62,649 bases of DNA, from the IMG/VR virus record IMGVR_UViG_3300018083_000030, positions 1 to 62,649 of that record; one strand, given 5' to 3'. The position numbers and the translations under genes were made by a program. Each line of letters begins with the position of its first letter. The first letter of the stretch is position 1. Origin of the DNA: a virus (taxonomy: Duplodnaviria; Caudoviricetes). This document shows, one piece after another, positions 36,741 through 45,963 of this stretch. Under the pieces are notes generated by a model, which was not told the DNA's origin, searched no databases, and saw nothing but the letters and a program-made list of their open reading frames with translations.

Positions 36741-36913
36741 CCGCGCAGCCCTCCGCGTCCACCGCCCTGCGGCTGATCGAAGCCCAGCGCCGTGTCATCG
36801 CCACCCGCCGCCGGCTGCAAAGCCTGTCGTCGCTCGATCCCGGCTTTGCCGCCGCCATCAACGCCTATCGCGCCGCGCTCGACGCGCTCGCCCAGCAACA
36901 GGAGTCCGCGTGA
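36737..36913 (+). CDS. Hypothetical helical protein
   Basis: ATGA coupling. Confidence 0.55.
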   Translation: MTAQPSASTALRLIEAQRRVIATRRRLQSLSSLDPGFAAAINAYRAALDALAQQQESA

Positions 36914-37140
36914 TGGGATACGCCCTTGGCACCTCGGCCTGCATCGGCTGCGGTCGCATCTTTTCATACAACCCGATGCGGGTGCCGTCGTTCACCCCGC
37001 CGGGCGGCACCCGCGAGCCGATTTGCGAACAGTGCTTCAACATCATCAACGACAAGCGTGCCGACAAAGGCTTGCCGCCATTTTCGCGTCATCCCGACGC
37101 CTATGAACCCTGCGACGAAGAGGAATTGCACTATGATTGA
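36913..37140 (+). CDS. Zn-binding small protein
   Basis: CIGC...REPICEQC. Confidence 0.65.
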   Translation: MGYALGTSACIGCGRIFSYNPMRVPSFTPPGGTREPICEQCFNIINDKRADKGLPPFSRHPDAYEPCDEEELHYD

Positions 37141-37468
37141 CGCTTTCAAAAGTACATTGAATCTCGGCCTCCTGATCGGCTTTCTGGTCGCCTTGCCGTT
37201 CACCGTTGGCTGCATCCTGGCCCCCGGCCTGCAATGGCCGCCGTTGTTCGGCGGCGTGTTGCTCACCCTGCCGTGGATCGGCGCATGGCTCCCGGCCATC
37301 GTCGCCTTTTACCGGCCGCACCCGAACCGCGTCGCCATCACCGTGCTGAATCTGGTGGCCGTAGTGACGCTGTTAACCTTCGTCGGTGTGGTGCTGTATG
37401 TGCTCGCCCTGATCTGGGCATACACCGGCCCGCGCGACGTCTATGTGGGCGTGGGAGTCGTGGGATGA
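37133..37468 (+). CDS. Superinfection immunity membrane protein (T4 Imm-like)
   Basis: LPAIVAFYRPHPNRVAITVLNL...ALIWA, preceded by extra TM helices. Confidence 0.75.
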   Translation: MIDAFKSTLNLGLLIGFLVALPFTVGCILAPGLQWPPLFGGVLLTLPWIGAWLPAIVAFYRPHPNRVAITVLNLVAVVTLLTFVGVVLYVLALIWAYTGPRDVYVGVGVVG

Positions 37469-37719
37469 ACCTGTTCACCCCCGCCGGCCTCACGCTGCAT
37501 TGCGGCGACGCCGTCCACCGTGGCGACGATCCGCGCCACATCGGCCGCGTCGAGGCCGTGCACAACACCGGCCAAGTCAAAGTCCGTTGGCTCGACACCG
37601 GATGGTTCGAATGGCTCGACGGATCAGACCTCGAATTCGAACGATGCTCGGATTGCGGTTGGCGTCTGCCGCGTATCGGTTGCCCGCGCTGTCACGGCGT
37701 CGCATTGCGATTTGAATGA
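37465..37719 (+). CDS. SH3/KOW-like protein with C-terminal Zn ribbon
   Basis: GD.V...GRVE..VKVRW; CSDC..CPRC. Confidence 0.55.
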   Translation: MNLFTPAGLTLHCGDAVHRGDDPRHIGRVEAVHNTGQVKVRWLDTGWFEWLDGSDLEFERCSDCGWRLPRIGCPRCHGVALRFE

Positions 37720-37734
37720 CCATCGGAGGACAAA

Positions 37735-37920
37735 ATGGAAAAGCCGAAATTGGAATGCTCGATCTGCCACCGCCCGATCACGCCGCACCCGTTAAGCGGC
37801 TGGGCCGGCGGCAACAACGCCATGCCGGTCAACGATGGCCGCTGTTGCGACGAATGCGACGACACCATCGTGGTGCCGGCGCGCATCACGTTGATGCGTC
37901 GCCGGGAGTCGGTGTCGTGA
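37735..37920 (+). CDS. Zn-finger protein
   Basis: CSIC...GNNAMPVNDGRCCDEC; GGAGG RBS. Confidence 0.65.
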   Translation: MEKPKLECSICHRPITPHPLSGWAGGNNAMPVNDGRCCDECDDTIVVPARITLMRRRESVS

Positions 37921-38288
37921 TGGTGCGGTCGTTTCTCACGCTGTCGACCGGGCACTTGCGTAGCTCGACCGAAGAGTGGCTGTCGCTCGCCTCGATCAAG
38001 CAAACGCACTGGGTGTCGGCGACTCCCTACGGCTGGTTCGTGTACTGCGACGAAGATGCGACCGGCGACGATTTCCCGGCCGACCTGATCGCGGTGTTCA
38101 ACTATGCCAACACGCTCGGCGTCGACTACGTCATGTTCGATTCGGAGGTGGACCCCATCGAAGCCTTGCCGTTCTACATCACCCCGCAAGGCCGATGGAC
38201 CGACAATCCGGTGGCGTTCACCGATCACGACCTCGACGCCCAGATCACGGCGGAATTCGACAAGGCCGCAGATCGTCCCGCGTATTGA
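37920..38288 (+). CDS. DUF5983-like protein
   Basis: FLTLSTGHL...PYGWFVY...PADL..V..YA..G..YVMFD...LP.Y. Confidence 0.6.
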   Translation: MVRSFLTLSTGHLRSSTEEWLSLASIKQTHWVSATPYGWFVYCDEDATGDDFPADLIAVFNYANTLGVDYVMFDSEVDPIEALPFYITPQGRWTDNPVAFTDHDLDAQITAEFDKAADRPAY

Positions 38289-38409
38289 CCGAACACCTGC
38301 GCCGCTTTGATACCCCGGCGGTGCAGGTTAGGGGCCGTGCTGTTTGTTTGGCGACTTGTCGGCACGGCCCCGCCCTTTCCGGGGTAAACAACAAAAGGAA
38401 CCGCTACCA

Positions 38410-38763
38410 ATGACACCCGCCCGACAAGCCGAAATGATTACAGAATTGCAACGTGTGCTTTCGAGCTATCGTTGCGACAAAATTTATCCGACGCGGCCCA
38501 GCTATCGACGCTGCAAAAAATGCCAATGGTGCCTTGTCGCCGCATTCCTCGCCGCCTTGACCGTGCCGGCCACCGCCGGCTCGGTGAGCTTCCACGATGC
38601 GCGCGGCAACTATGCCGGTGCGTCAATCACCCGCAACGGTCACAGCACGTTTACCGATTCCGGCGGCCGCTATGTCGGAAGCTCCAGCACACGCGGCAAC
38701 ACCACGACGGTGTATGACCGCAACGGCAACCGCGCCGGCACCCTCACCCGCACAGGACGATGA
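38410..38763 (+). CDS. Putative exported protein with D..G.Y.G beta-repeats
   Basis: Hydrophobic stretch ending PATA-G, then three D..G...G repeats. Confidence 0.55.
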   Translation: MTPARQAEMITELQRVLSSYRCDKIYPTRPSYRRCKKCQWCLVAAFLAALTVPATAGSVSFHDARGNYAGASITRNGHSTFTDSGGRYVGSSSTRGNTTTVYDRNGNRAGTLTRTGR

Positions 38764-38767
38764 CACC

Positions 38768-39016
38768 ATGGCCAGCAAACGCCGCACCAACCTGCAACCG
38801 ACCGCGACCGTGCAAGACACCATCGCCGACTCCGACGAGTCGTTGCCGGCCAGCAACCCGCAACCGGCGCGCTCGACGCTCGCCGATATCCGCGCCACCG
38901 CCGTCAACCGCATGGCCGACGCCGCGCACGACGTCGCCCACACCATCGCCGACCTCGAAGCGTGGCGAAACGAGATCGACGCCACCATCGCGTTTCTGAA
39001 AGCGCAACGGCGGTGA
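38768..39016 (+). CDS. Hypothetical coiled-coil protein
   Basis: AGGA RBS; operon tiling. Confidence 0.55.
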   Translation: MASKRRTNLQPTATVQDTIADSDESLPASNPQPARSTLADIRATAVNRMADAAHDVAHTIADLEAWRNEIDATIAFLKAQRR

Positions 39017-39018
39017 GC

Positions 39019-39255
39019 ATGGCCAAGGATGTCACCATCGCCGGGATTCCGGTAACCATCATTGCCGACGAAGAGGCCGAAACCGTCGACTATGTCGTGT
39101 GCGCACCGGACGGGGCGTCGCCGTTCACCGACAATTTCAAGGGCACATGCTGCAAGTGCGGCTGTGCCGTGATGTATCGATGGCACGCCCCGCGCAAGCC
39201 GGCAAAGATCTGTCTCGAATGCGTGACCAAGCTGGCGCAAGCGGAGTCGAAGTGA
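39019..39255 (+). CDS. Zn-finger protein
   Basis: CCKC...ICLEC. Confidence 0.6.
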   Translation: MAKDVTIAGIPVTIIADEEAETVDYVVCAPDGASPFTDNFKGTCCKCGCAVMYRWHAPRKPAKICLECVTKLAQAESK

Positions 39256-39551
39256 TGCCGATTCCGTTCACGCAATACCTGCGGCCGGATGGACGCAAGC
39301 GCGACGTCACCATCGAACGCTCGCCGGAGGTGGAAGCGTTGGCGCAACGCTTCATCGCCTCCGGCGGCAAGTTCGAATGCGAGGAATTGCGCACCGGCGA
39401 AGCGTCGTTCACCGCCGTCAAGTATGGCCGCGACGTCGCCATCGAACTGGTGCCCAACGGCCCGGCCGTGCCCGCCGCCGTCGACCGCGTGGTGCGGCTG
39501 GCACAGGATTATCTCGACGCCGAAGATCCACAAGGCACGCTGCCGCTGTAA
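39255..39551 (+). CDS. Hypothetical protein
   Basis: IPFTQYLRPDGR...FECEEL.TGE; coupled start. Confidence 0.65.
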   Translation: MPIPFTQYLRPDGRKRDVTIERSPEVEALAQRFIASGGKFECEELRTGEASFTAVKYGRDVAIELVPNGPAVPAAVDRVVRLAQDYLDAEDPQGTLPL

Positions 39552-39757
39552 TGGAATCGCTAATGACCGACCAGATCGAGCGGCTGCAAACACGATACGA
39601 CAGCGCAACCGACCAAGCCGTGCGCTATGCCGACGACAACGCGCGGCTGCGGGCGCTGCTGCGCGAGGCGCTGTTGTACGACGCTCAGATCGTCCACATG
39701 GAATCATGGTGGAGGAAAGTGCGCGTCGAACTGGACCCAAGCCAAAAGGAAACCTGA
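39551..39757 (+). CDS. Hypothetical coiled-coil protein
   Basis: TAATG overlap. Confidence 0.5.
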   Translation: MESLMTDQIERLQTRYDSATDQAVRYADDNARLRALLREALLYDAQIVHMESWWRKVRVELDPSQKET

Positions 39758-39760
39758 ATC

Positions 39761-39922
39761 ATGTTCGTGTTGCTGGTGATCGAAGACGACGACGACGGCC
39801 ACTTGCGCGAAATCGTCGGGCCGTTCGCAAGTCGCGCCGCCGCTGCCGCCTATCGCCAACACGTCAACGTCGAGCGCACCGAAGTGGTCGAGCTAACCTC
39901 GCCGCCGGTGGAAACGCTGTGA
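39761..39922 (+). CDS. Small hypothetical protein
   Basis: MFVLLVIEDDDDG...VGPFASR; AAGGA RBS. Confidence 0.5.
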   Translation: MFVLLVIEDDDDGHLREIVGPFASRAAAAAYRQHVNVERTEVVELTSPPVETL

Positions 39923-40049
39923 ACAGTTCCCCGGTCGAGGTGATCGTCATGGTGATCACGCTGTTGCTCGCCGCCACCGCGCTGGTCGCCGTGACGGTGA
40001 CGATCTACGCTTGGACGCATTGAAGATCTTGGACCCATTGAGGTGCACC

Positions 40050-40274
40050 ATGGCCGAACCGAAACGATACGCCATGATCGACGCCGACGGCACGGTCTAC
40101 AACGTCGTGATGTGGGACGGCGAAACGCCGTGGCCGAACGACGCCGATGTGCTGGTGCAAAGCGACGACGCCGGCATCGGCTGGCGCTTCGCCAGCGGCA
40201 AGCTGGTGCCGCCGCCACCGTCGGGCGACGTCGCCCGCCAGATCCTCGCTAACAAGGCCACCGACGCCGGCTGA
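40050..40274 (+). CDS. Tail-fibre-assembly-like small protein located in the early region
   Basis: RYAMI..DG.V.NVVMWDG..PW...AGIGWRF..G.L.PP. Confidence 0.6.
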   Translation: MAEPKRYAMIDADGTVYNVVMWDGETPWPNDADVLVQSDDAGIGWRFASGKLVPPPPSGDVARQILANKATDAG

Positions 40275-40278
40275 AACC

Positions 40279-40506
40279 ATGACCGCCACCGTCCTGCACA
40301 TGTGGACGCTGTACGATCACCCGCGCGATCACCCCGACGCCTTTGTCGCCCGCCGCCACATCATCGTCGCCGGGGCGACTGCCCCCACCCCCGACATGTT
40401 CGTCGCCGACTCGCTGGCCGAACTGCGCGCGCTGTTGCCGCCCGGCCTTGTCTGCGTCCCGCGCTCGGCCCTGGACGAACCGTCCATCGTGGAGTCCTGG
40501 CTGTGA
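40279..40506 (+). CDS. Hypothetical protein
   Basis: WTLYDHP.D.P..FVAR...LPPGL...R...D...IVESW, a recurrent phage family. Confidence 0.65.
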   Translation: MTATVLHMWTLYDHPRDHPDAFVARRHIIVAGATAPTPDMFVADSLAELRALLPPGLVCVPRSALDEPSIVESWL

Positions 40507-40722
40507 GCGCGCTCGCCCACGCCGTGGTGCTGTGGGCCGTGGCCGCCGCCGTGCTGGTGATGGTGCTGACCCTGACGTTCGCCTGACACGATTTCGAAAC
40601 TTTTCTTTCGAAATTGACCCGTGGACGGGTTGACGGGGCGAGATTTCTCATTTTCAATTGAAAACGCCGGCCACTGGGATGGCCGGCGCTCCTGCAACCC
40701 GGTCACAACGGAGGGAATCCAC

Positions 40723-42159
40723 ATGACCGCGTCCAACATCATCAACCGCTTCACCCCGCTGTCAACCTACGGCGTGCAATTGCCGTCGCACGTGCTGGTG
40801 AAACCAACCCGGCAGAACCTGCTGACCGAATTCCACCAGTACGGCTACGACGGCGAGCAATTCTTCGGCGTCGCCTTCGTGCAGGGCAACCGCCTGCAAT
40901 TCACCACGGCCATGCCCATGACCGTGCTGCACAAGGTCGCCAAAATCGACCGCGCCGGAGCCGGCTCCAATATCACCTCGCTGCAAAAAGCCGCCAACCG
41001 CCCCAAGATCGCCGGGCATAGCAAAGCCCTGCGCCAGTACCTTGTCGATAACGCCTGCAAAGGGGAGAAGTTTATTTTGCCGGCGTTCGCCATGAACTTC
41101 GGCGATGAGAGTACGACACCGGAAGACGCGCCCAATGCCGTGCTCTGGATCTACGCCCACGAAAACGAGAACTCGACCAACGGCTGGCCCGCCCTGTTCC
41201 AGCTGCCGCGCGGCATCAAATTGGATGCAACCGATGGCGCGCATCGGCTGGACGAATCCGAAAAGATTGTCAGCGACGGCAAGCTGACGGAGGCACAACG
41301 CGAAAACCTCGGGCGCAATGCCTGCGACGTCAAAATCATCTTCGAAAGCAAGCGGATCGACGCCCATCAGGATTTCGCCGATTGCGCCAAGGCCAAGCCG
41401 ATCACCGGCAGCATCATCTCTTCGTTCGATGTGCGCGACTTGCGCAACTCGCAAACCGTGCGGCTGGTGGAGTCGGTCGACTTTTTAAAGCACTACGTCG
41501 ACGCCACCGCCGCAAATGTGAATTTGTCGGCCGGCAGCTTGAAGATCTGGAGCATGTCGGCCGTGCGTGGCTTCGTCGGCCACGTGCAAGACCGCTACCC
41601 GCCACCCGCCGGCGGTGACGCCAGCGCCGTCGAATCCACCCTGGTCGAGAAACTGTCGGGCGCACCCCTGTTCTTCGGTGCCATGATTAAACACCTCCCC
41701 CAGCTGCACACCCTGGAACTGGCACGCCTGGAAGCCGAAGCCCGGCGCGCCTGCCCGCAACCGGCACCGCCCGCCGTCCGTACCGAAACCCCCGCCACGT
41801 TCAGGAACAAGCGCGGCGGTGACGTCGCACTCCGCGGAATCGGCATGTCCCTGTTCGCTCGGGCGTTCCTGTACGCCAAGCAACACGGCCTGTCGTTCGA
41901 TCATATCGCCCAACGGTTGGCCGCCGTCGATTGGCACGTGCTCGATTGCGAACGCGACGACTTGCCGAATCCAGCCACCGAAGAAGGCCGCCTCACGTTC
42001 GCCGATGAAGTCCGACGCCACGTCGTCCCAACTTGGACCTCGCTGATCATCGTCGGCGAGTCACGCTATCGCATCGGTTCGTCCAACGACGAAGCGAACG
42101 CCGCCTGGGAGCGCATCAAAGCGGCGCATTTGGATCCTATCGCCGAAGCCGCAGAGTAA
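40723..42159 (+). CDS. DndB/DGQHR-domain (ParB-superfamily) protein
   Basis: GGAGGG RBS; F.QG.R, NRP....H...L..YL, FILPA, ATDGAHR (DGQHR variant), HQDFAD...KPI. Confidence 0.75.
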   Translation: MTASNIINRFTPLSTYGVQLPSHVLVKPTRQNLLTEFHQYGYDGEQFFGVAFVQGNRLQFTTAMPMTVLHKVAKIDRAGAGSNITSLQKAANRPKIAGHSKALRQYLVDNACKGEKFILPAFAMNFGDESTTPEDAPNAVLWIYAHENENSTNGWPALFQLPRGIKLDATDGAHRLDESEKIVSDGKLTEAQRENLGRNACDVKIIFESKRIDAHQDFADCAKAKPITGSIISSFDVRDLRNSQTVRLVESVDFLKHYVDATAANVNLSAGSLKIWSMSAVRGFVGHVQDRYPPPAGGDASAVESTLVEKLSGAPLFFGAMIKHLPQLHTLELARLEAEARRACPQPAPPAVRTETPATFRNKRGGDVALRGIGMSLFARAFLYAKQHGLSFDHIAQRLAAVDWHVLDCERDDLPNPATEEGRLTFADEVRRHVVPTWTSLIIVGESRYRIGSSNDEANAAWERIKAAHLDPIAEAAE

Positions 42160-42183
42160 GCGTCGCGTCCCATAGTGCGTTGC

Positions 42184-42209
42184 GGGGCCGGAGCAATCCG
42201 GCCCCGTTT
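42184..42209 (+). terminator. Intrinsic terminator after the DGQHR gene
   Basis: GGGGCCGGA-GCAA-TCCGGCCCC-GTTT (GNRA tetraloop). Confidence 0.7.
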
Positions 42210-42220
42210 CACGTGGAACA
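42205..42220. other. parS-like centromere site
   Basis: CGTTTCACGTGGAACA; reverse complement TGTTCCACGTGAAACG matches chromosomal parS TGTTNCACGTGAAACA at all but the last base. Confidence 0.65.
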
Positions 42221-42394
42221 CTACTTGCGCCGCCCACCCTTGCCCTTCCCCTTCCCGCGCTTGCCACCGCTGCGGCCGCCCCCAGCCATCCAGTTCGATA
42301 TCGCCGCCGCACTCGACTTGCTGAAACCCGCGCGCTTCAACCCTTCGTAGGCACTCGGTTTCTTGATCGATGGCCCATGATCGTGTCCCGGCAT
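42221..42394 (-). CDS. Small basic protein (GPSIK...YE.L...SK..AA.ISN family)
   Basis: GGGAG RBS; MPGHDHGPSIKKPSAYEGLKRAGFSKSSAAAISN. Confidence 0.7.
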   Translation of the reverse strand: MPGHDHGPSIKKPSAYEGLKRAGFSKSSAAAISNWMAGGGRSGGKRGKGKGKGGRRK

Positions 42395-43260
42395 GTTCGA
42401 CTCCCGTTCAGGCGACAAAGTTGGGCGACAGTGTCGGTTAAATTTGTCGTCGTCGCTTCGTTCCGTATGATTAAGGTTTTAACGGTTTCGGAGTGTGGGA
42501 TTGGTGCTCCTGGGGAGGGGAGAGGCGGCCGCGCCCGGAAAAAGAAAGTGGGTGGCTCGGAATAATTATTTGATTCTGCTGGGGAATTTTTGGAATTAAT
42601 TGGAAATAATTGGAAAAATTGTGGCTGTAAGCTGTTGAAATGCATGACGAATGCAGTCTGCACTACACCGCACCCACCGGGCCGGGGGTAGGGGGTGGCT
42701 CGAAACGCTGGCGCGCGATCAGCGACCACCGCTTGCCGGCTATCGCTGCACCTCGACCGCCTCGCCCTGCCCGTGCCGTGACCGCCTGTGCGTTCCCGTA
42801 CCGATCCCCTTGTCCACCTTCACCGGAACGCCGCAAGGCCGCCTGTGGGCCGCCCTGGCTCGGCTGGTGCCCGTACAATCCCGCTACGATCCCGATACGA
42901 CCGCGATCACCGGGCGACGGCAGGGGGGTGGCGATACGGGCGGCAAGGCCCGGTTTCGCCGGGGATGTGCCGGCCTGGAACGTAGGGGGTGGCGCAAAAC
43001 TGGCACACGTCGGCGAATAACCCAACGATATCAACGCGATGATGCGGATATGTCCTCCGCATTAGTGCAAGATGTGCCCGTATTCATTGGGTTTCCGCAG
43101 CCACCATCGGCCACCATCAGCCACCGCCACCCGCTCGCCGTCGCCGCGCACCTCGACCGCCGGGCCGCGCAGTTGGCCGGCCGCGTCACCCCCGTGCCCT
43201 GTTCGACTCCCGATGATCGACGCGGTGCCGCTCGCCCTCCGAACCGAAATTATTTCAGCG

Positions 43261-43530
43261 CGTGACGCAGTGACGGGTAGATCGGAACCAACCTTTTCCG
43301 GGCGCGTGCGCAGGCACGCATATGCTATGTGTCACACCTGTCACAAGTGTCACAACCGGCATTCTGCCGGCCTTACTTGGGTGACGGGTTAGGTGACGGG
43401 GTGACGGATGACGCGGTGCACAATGCAATTCTAGGTGACAAACATTTTCGCTTTCGATCATTATCACGTCACACCTGTCACACCCGTCACCGGCCGCGCC
43501 GGATTCGTGACGGGTTGGTGACGGGTTGGG
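43261..43530. repeat. Iteron-like GTGAC(G/A) repeat array; putative replication origin
   Basis: About 14 copies of GTGAC/GTCAC in alternating-orientation blocks, downstream of the P4/D5 helicase; AT-rich tract at ~42460-42650. Confidence 0.65.
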
Positions 43531-43576
43531 CTGTTTCCACTAACGCCGTTTCTTAAACCAGCATGTGAGGTTGACG

Positions 43577-43867
43577 ATGAACACGAGCGAATGGGAGCGC
43601 CGGGCCGACGCTGGCGATGGGCAGTTCGCGATTGCGTTGGCTTTGCTGCGCGTGGTGTCGGCCATTCACTTGCTGGGCGACGGCACAGCTGGGTTCACCG
43701 AATCCGGCTCGATCAAAGAAACGCCGGGCGCGCTGGCGAACTTCGGCCGGCGCTTGTGCGATGCCTTGGACAGCGTAGGGACGAACATGCCGACGCACCT
43801 CGACGTGACCGTGTCGGTGGACGACGAGAGCGAGCCGCAGACCGTGGTGATCAAGAAGTCCGACTAG
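43577..43867 (+). CDS. Hypothetical protein
   Basis: GAGGT RBS; convergent with the helicase. Confidence 0.55.
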   Translation: MNTSEWERRADAGDGQFAIALALLRVVSAIHLLGDGTAGFTESGSIKETPGALANFGRRLCDALDSVGTNMPTHLDVTVSVDDESEPQTVVIKKSD

Positions 43868-45297
43868 GCTGACATTGCCCCGATATCCATCAAGCGAATG
43901 CCGTGAAAGCCCCGGCCGGCGTTGTCGTGATAGCGTGCGAGGCCCTTGGCTTCGAGGCGGTCCACGAATTTTTTCATGCTATCCGACCGCTCGCCGACGG
44001 CCTCGCAAAACAGCTTCCATGAATTGAACAGTGCGGTTGATGTGGTTTTAGCGTTGGGATCGGCGAGCGAGCACCGCTGATCGAGCCATTGCTGCAACAA
44101 GTCCTGATTGTCGAAGTAGCTTTCGGTTGCGCCCAACACCGATGCGGGCGGATCGAGGCCGCGCTCCCGCCACGCGACATAGCCGTCGAGCACCCATCCC
44201 AAAATGGCCGGCCGTTCCAGGGCGAGCTTATCGGCCAGCGTGCGGTCGAGTTCGTCCTCGCTGATCGTGACGGTGAACGGTATCAGGTGCAGCCGGCGGC
44301 GCATGGCGCGGTCGACGTTGCGCAACGACGGCTTGTTGTTTCCGACCACCACTATCTTGAACTGCGGCAGGTATTCGAACGAATTGCTGTGCATGAAGTT
44401 GGCGCGCACCGGATCGCCGCCGGTCAGCGTCTTGATCTTGGCTTCGTTCCAGCCGCCCTCGCCGGTTTCCGCTGTGAGCAACAACCGCACGCCGCGCATG
44501 GCGGCCAATTCTTCCTTGTGTTGCGGTTTCTTGGTCGCCGCGAACATCTCGAGCGACGCTTGCGAAGCATACGTTCCCAACACCGCTTTGAGCGTGTTCA
44601 GGAACGTGCCTTTGCCGTTGCCGCCGGTGCCGTAGCAAAAGAAAAAGCTCTGTTCGTGGGTGAACGGGGTGGCGCAATAGCCGGCCATACGTTGCAGGTA
44701 CGCAATCAACTCGGCGTCGCCGGCGGTGATCTTGTCGAGAAACGCCAGCCATGTCGGGCACGCGCCGCGCTCGGCGGTGACGCCGGCCATCTTCGAACAG
44801 AAGTCCTCCCGCCGCTGCGGCCCCAGCGTCCAGCCGTGCGCGCCGTTGGCCTTCATGCTGACCGTGGCCGTGGTCATGTTGAACACCTCGGCCTTGTCGA
44901 AGTGATCGACCGGCACGGCCACCAGATGGCGCGTGCGTTTGGCGCAAGACGTCAAAAAACCGACGTCCTCCAGCCGGGTCTTTGGTTTGGGTTTCTTCTG
45001 CGCCCGACTGATTTCGCAACAGAGTTCGCCCAGATTGTTTTCGAGCGTGCACCGCTGGTCGTCCTCCCAGACGTGCCCAGTCCAGTGAAAATCGCCCATC
45101 TTCTTGAAGAACAGGAATTGATCCCCGCGCCGGGCCATGAAGATCTTCACCACGGCGTCGTGGGTCAGTAGCCAGTTCGGTGCCAGCCATGGATCCGGCT
45201 CCGGGGCCTCGACGCCGTCGCGTTGAACTATGCGCAACGCTGGCCGCTCCCGTTCCCGCTCGCCCGACGTGCCGCCGTCGTCATCCTGATCGGCCAT
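43864..45297 (-). CDS. P4-family/D5-like SF3 helicase (primase C-terminal)
   Basis: YGTGGNGKGT Walker A, LAAMRGVRL, IKTLTGGD...F...FEY.PQFK..GN.KP, RRLHLIPF. Confidence 0.95.
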   Translation of the reverse strand: MADQDDDGGTSGERERERPALRIVQRDGVEAPEPDPWLAPNWLLTHDAVVKIFMARRGDQFLFFKKMGDFHWTGHVWEDDQRCTLENNLGELCCEISRAQKKPKPKTRLEDVGFLTSCAKRTRHLVAVPVDHFDKAEVFNMTTATVSMKANGAHGWTLGPQRREDFCSKMAGVTAERGACPTWLAFLDKITAGDAELIAYLQRMAGYCATPFTHEQSFFFCYGTGGNGKGTFLNTLKAVLGTYASQASLEMFAATKKPQHKEELAAMRGVRLLLTAETGEGGWNEAKIKTLTGGDPVRANFMHSNSFEYLPQFKIVVVGNNKPSLRNVDRAMRRRLHLIPFTVTISEDELDRTLADKLALERPAILGWVLDGYVAWRERGLDPPASVLGATESYFDNQDLLQQWLDQRCSLADPNAKTTSTALFNSWKLFCEAVGERSDSMKKFVDRLEAKGLARYHDNAGRGFHGIRLMDIGAMSA

Positions 45298-45306
45298 GAA
45301 TCGCCT

Positions 45307-45963
45307 CTAAAGGTCGGCATGTTCCGCCGCCTGCGCCGCCACCAGATCCGCAAAGTCCGTCCCCACCGCCGACGTGGTGATCGCGCTCGCCCGCCAGCCC
45401 CATGTCAGCTTGACCGCTGCGGCCGCGCGCTCGCCGGCCTTCGACTCGTCGTTGTCGAACGCCACCACGACGCGACCGACGAACCACAACAGCGGCAACC
45501 GCTCGACCGCGCCCGCGCTCCCCAGCGCCCACACCGGCGCGTAGCCCAGCTGCAACAAGGCCAAGCCCGTCTCGAATCCCTCGCACACGTGCAAGACCGG
45601 CGCGTAAAAGTTCGCCGCACCGCAGCACGTCGCCCGATGTGACGTGAGCTTCATGGCCGCGCCCGCGACCGGCCCCAGCATCATTGGCTGCTGTAACTTT
45701 TTGAAATCCGGCGTGATGTAGATGCGCTGAATCGCGACCGGGGTGTCGCCTTCCATGCGCCGGAACAGCACGACCAGCGCCGGGCACGTGCCGCCCTGGC
45801 GCGGACACTCCGGCAGGAACCGGACCACCTCGCCGTCAAGCTCGCCCGGCAACGCCAGCCCGCGCATGGCGAGGTAATACTCGCCGGCCGTGCCGCGCAC
45901 GTCGCTGGCCCGGTCCCAGATCCGCAGCGCACCTTGCGCGCGTTGCCGGTCCTCCGGCGTCAT
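45307..45963 (-). CDS. Primase catalytic (DUF7146 + Toprim) domain protein
   Basis: YLAMRG, IQRIYI, MMLGP..GAA, VCEGFETGLA, VWALG, AFDND. Confidence 0.85.
   Translation of the reverse strand: MTPEDRQRAQGALRIWDRASDVRGTAGEYYLAMRGLALPGELDGEVVRFLPECPRQGGTCPALVVLFRRMEGDTPVAIQRIYITPDFKKLQQPMMLGPVAGAAMKLTSHRATCCGAANFYAPVLHVCEGFETGLALLQLGYAPVWALGSAGAVERLPLLWFVGRVVVAFDNDESKAGERAAAAVKLTWGWRASAITTSAVGTDFADLVAAQAAEHADL

Noticed and set aside
40723-42159. Phosphorothioation (dnd) or deazaguanine (dpd) system
   Set aside because: Only the DndB-like protein is present; no dndACDE, ssp or dpdA/que genes.
42640-43265. Protein-coding ORFs or an RNA gene in the pre-origin gap
   Set aside because: Translations lack motifs or RBS; no tRNA or known ncRNA fold recognised by eye.
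43261-43530. CRISPR array
   Set aside because: Repeats are only 5-10 bp, irregularly spaced and in both orientations; no cas genes.
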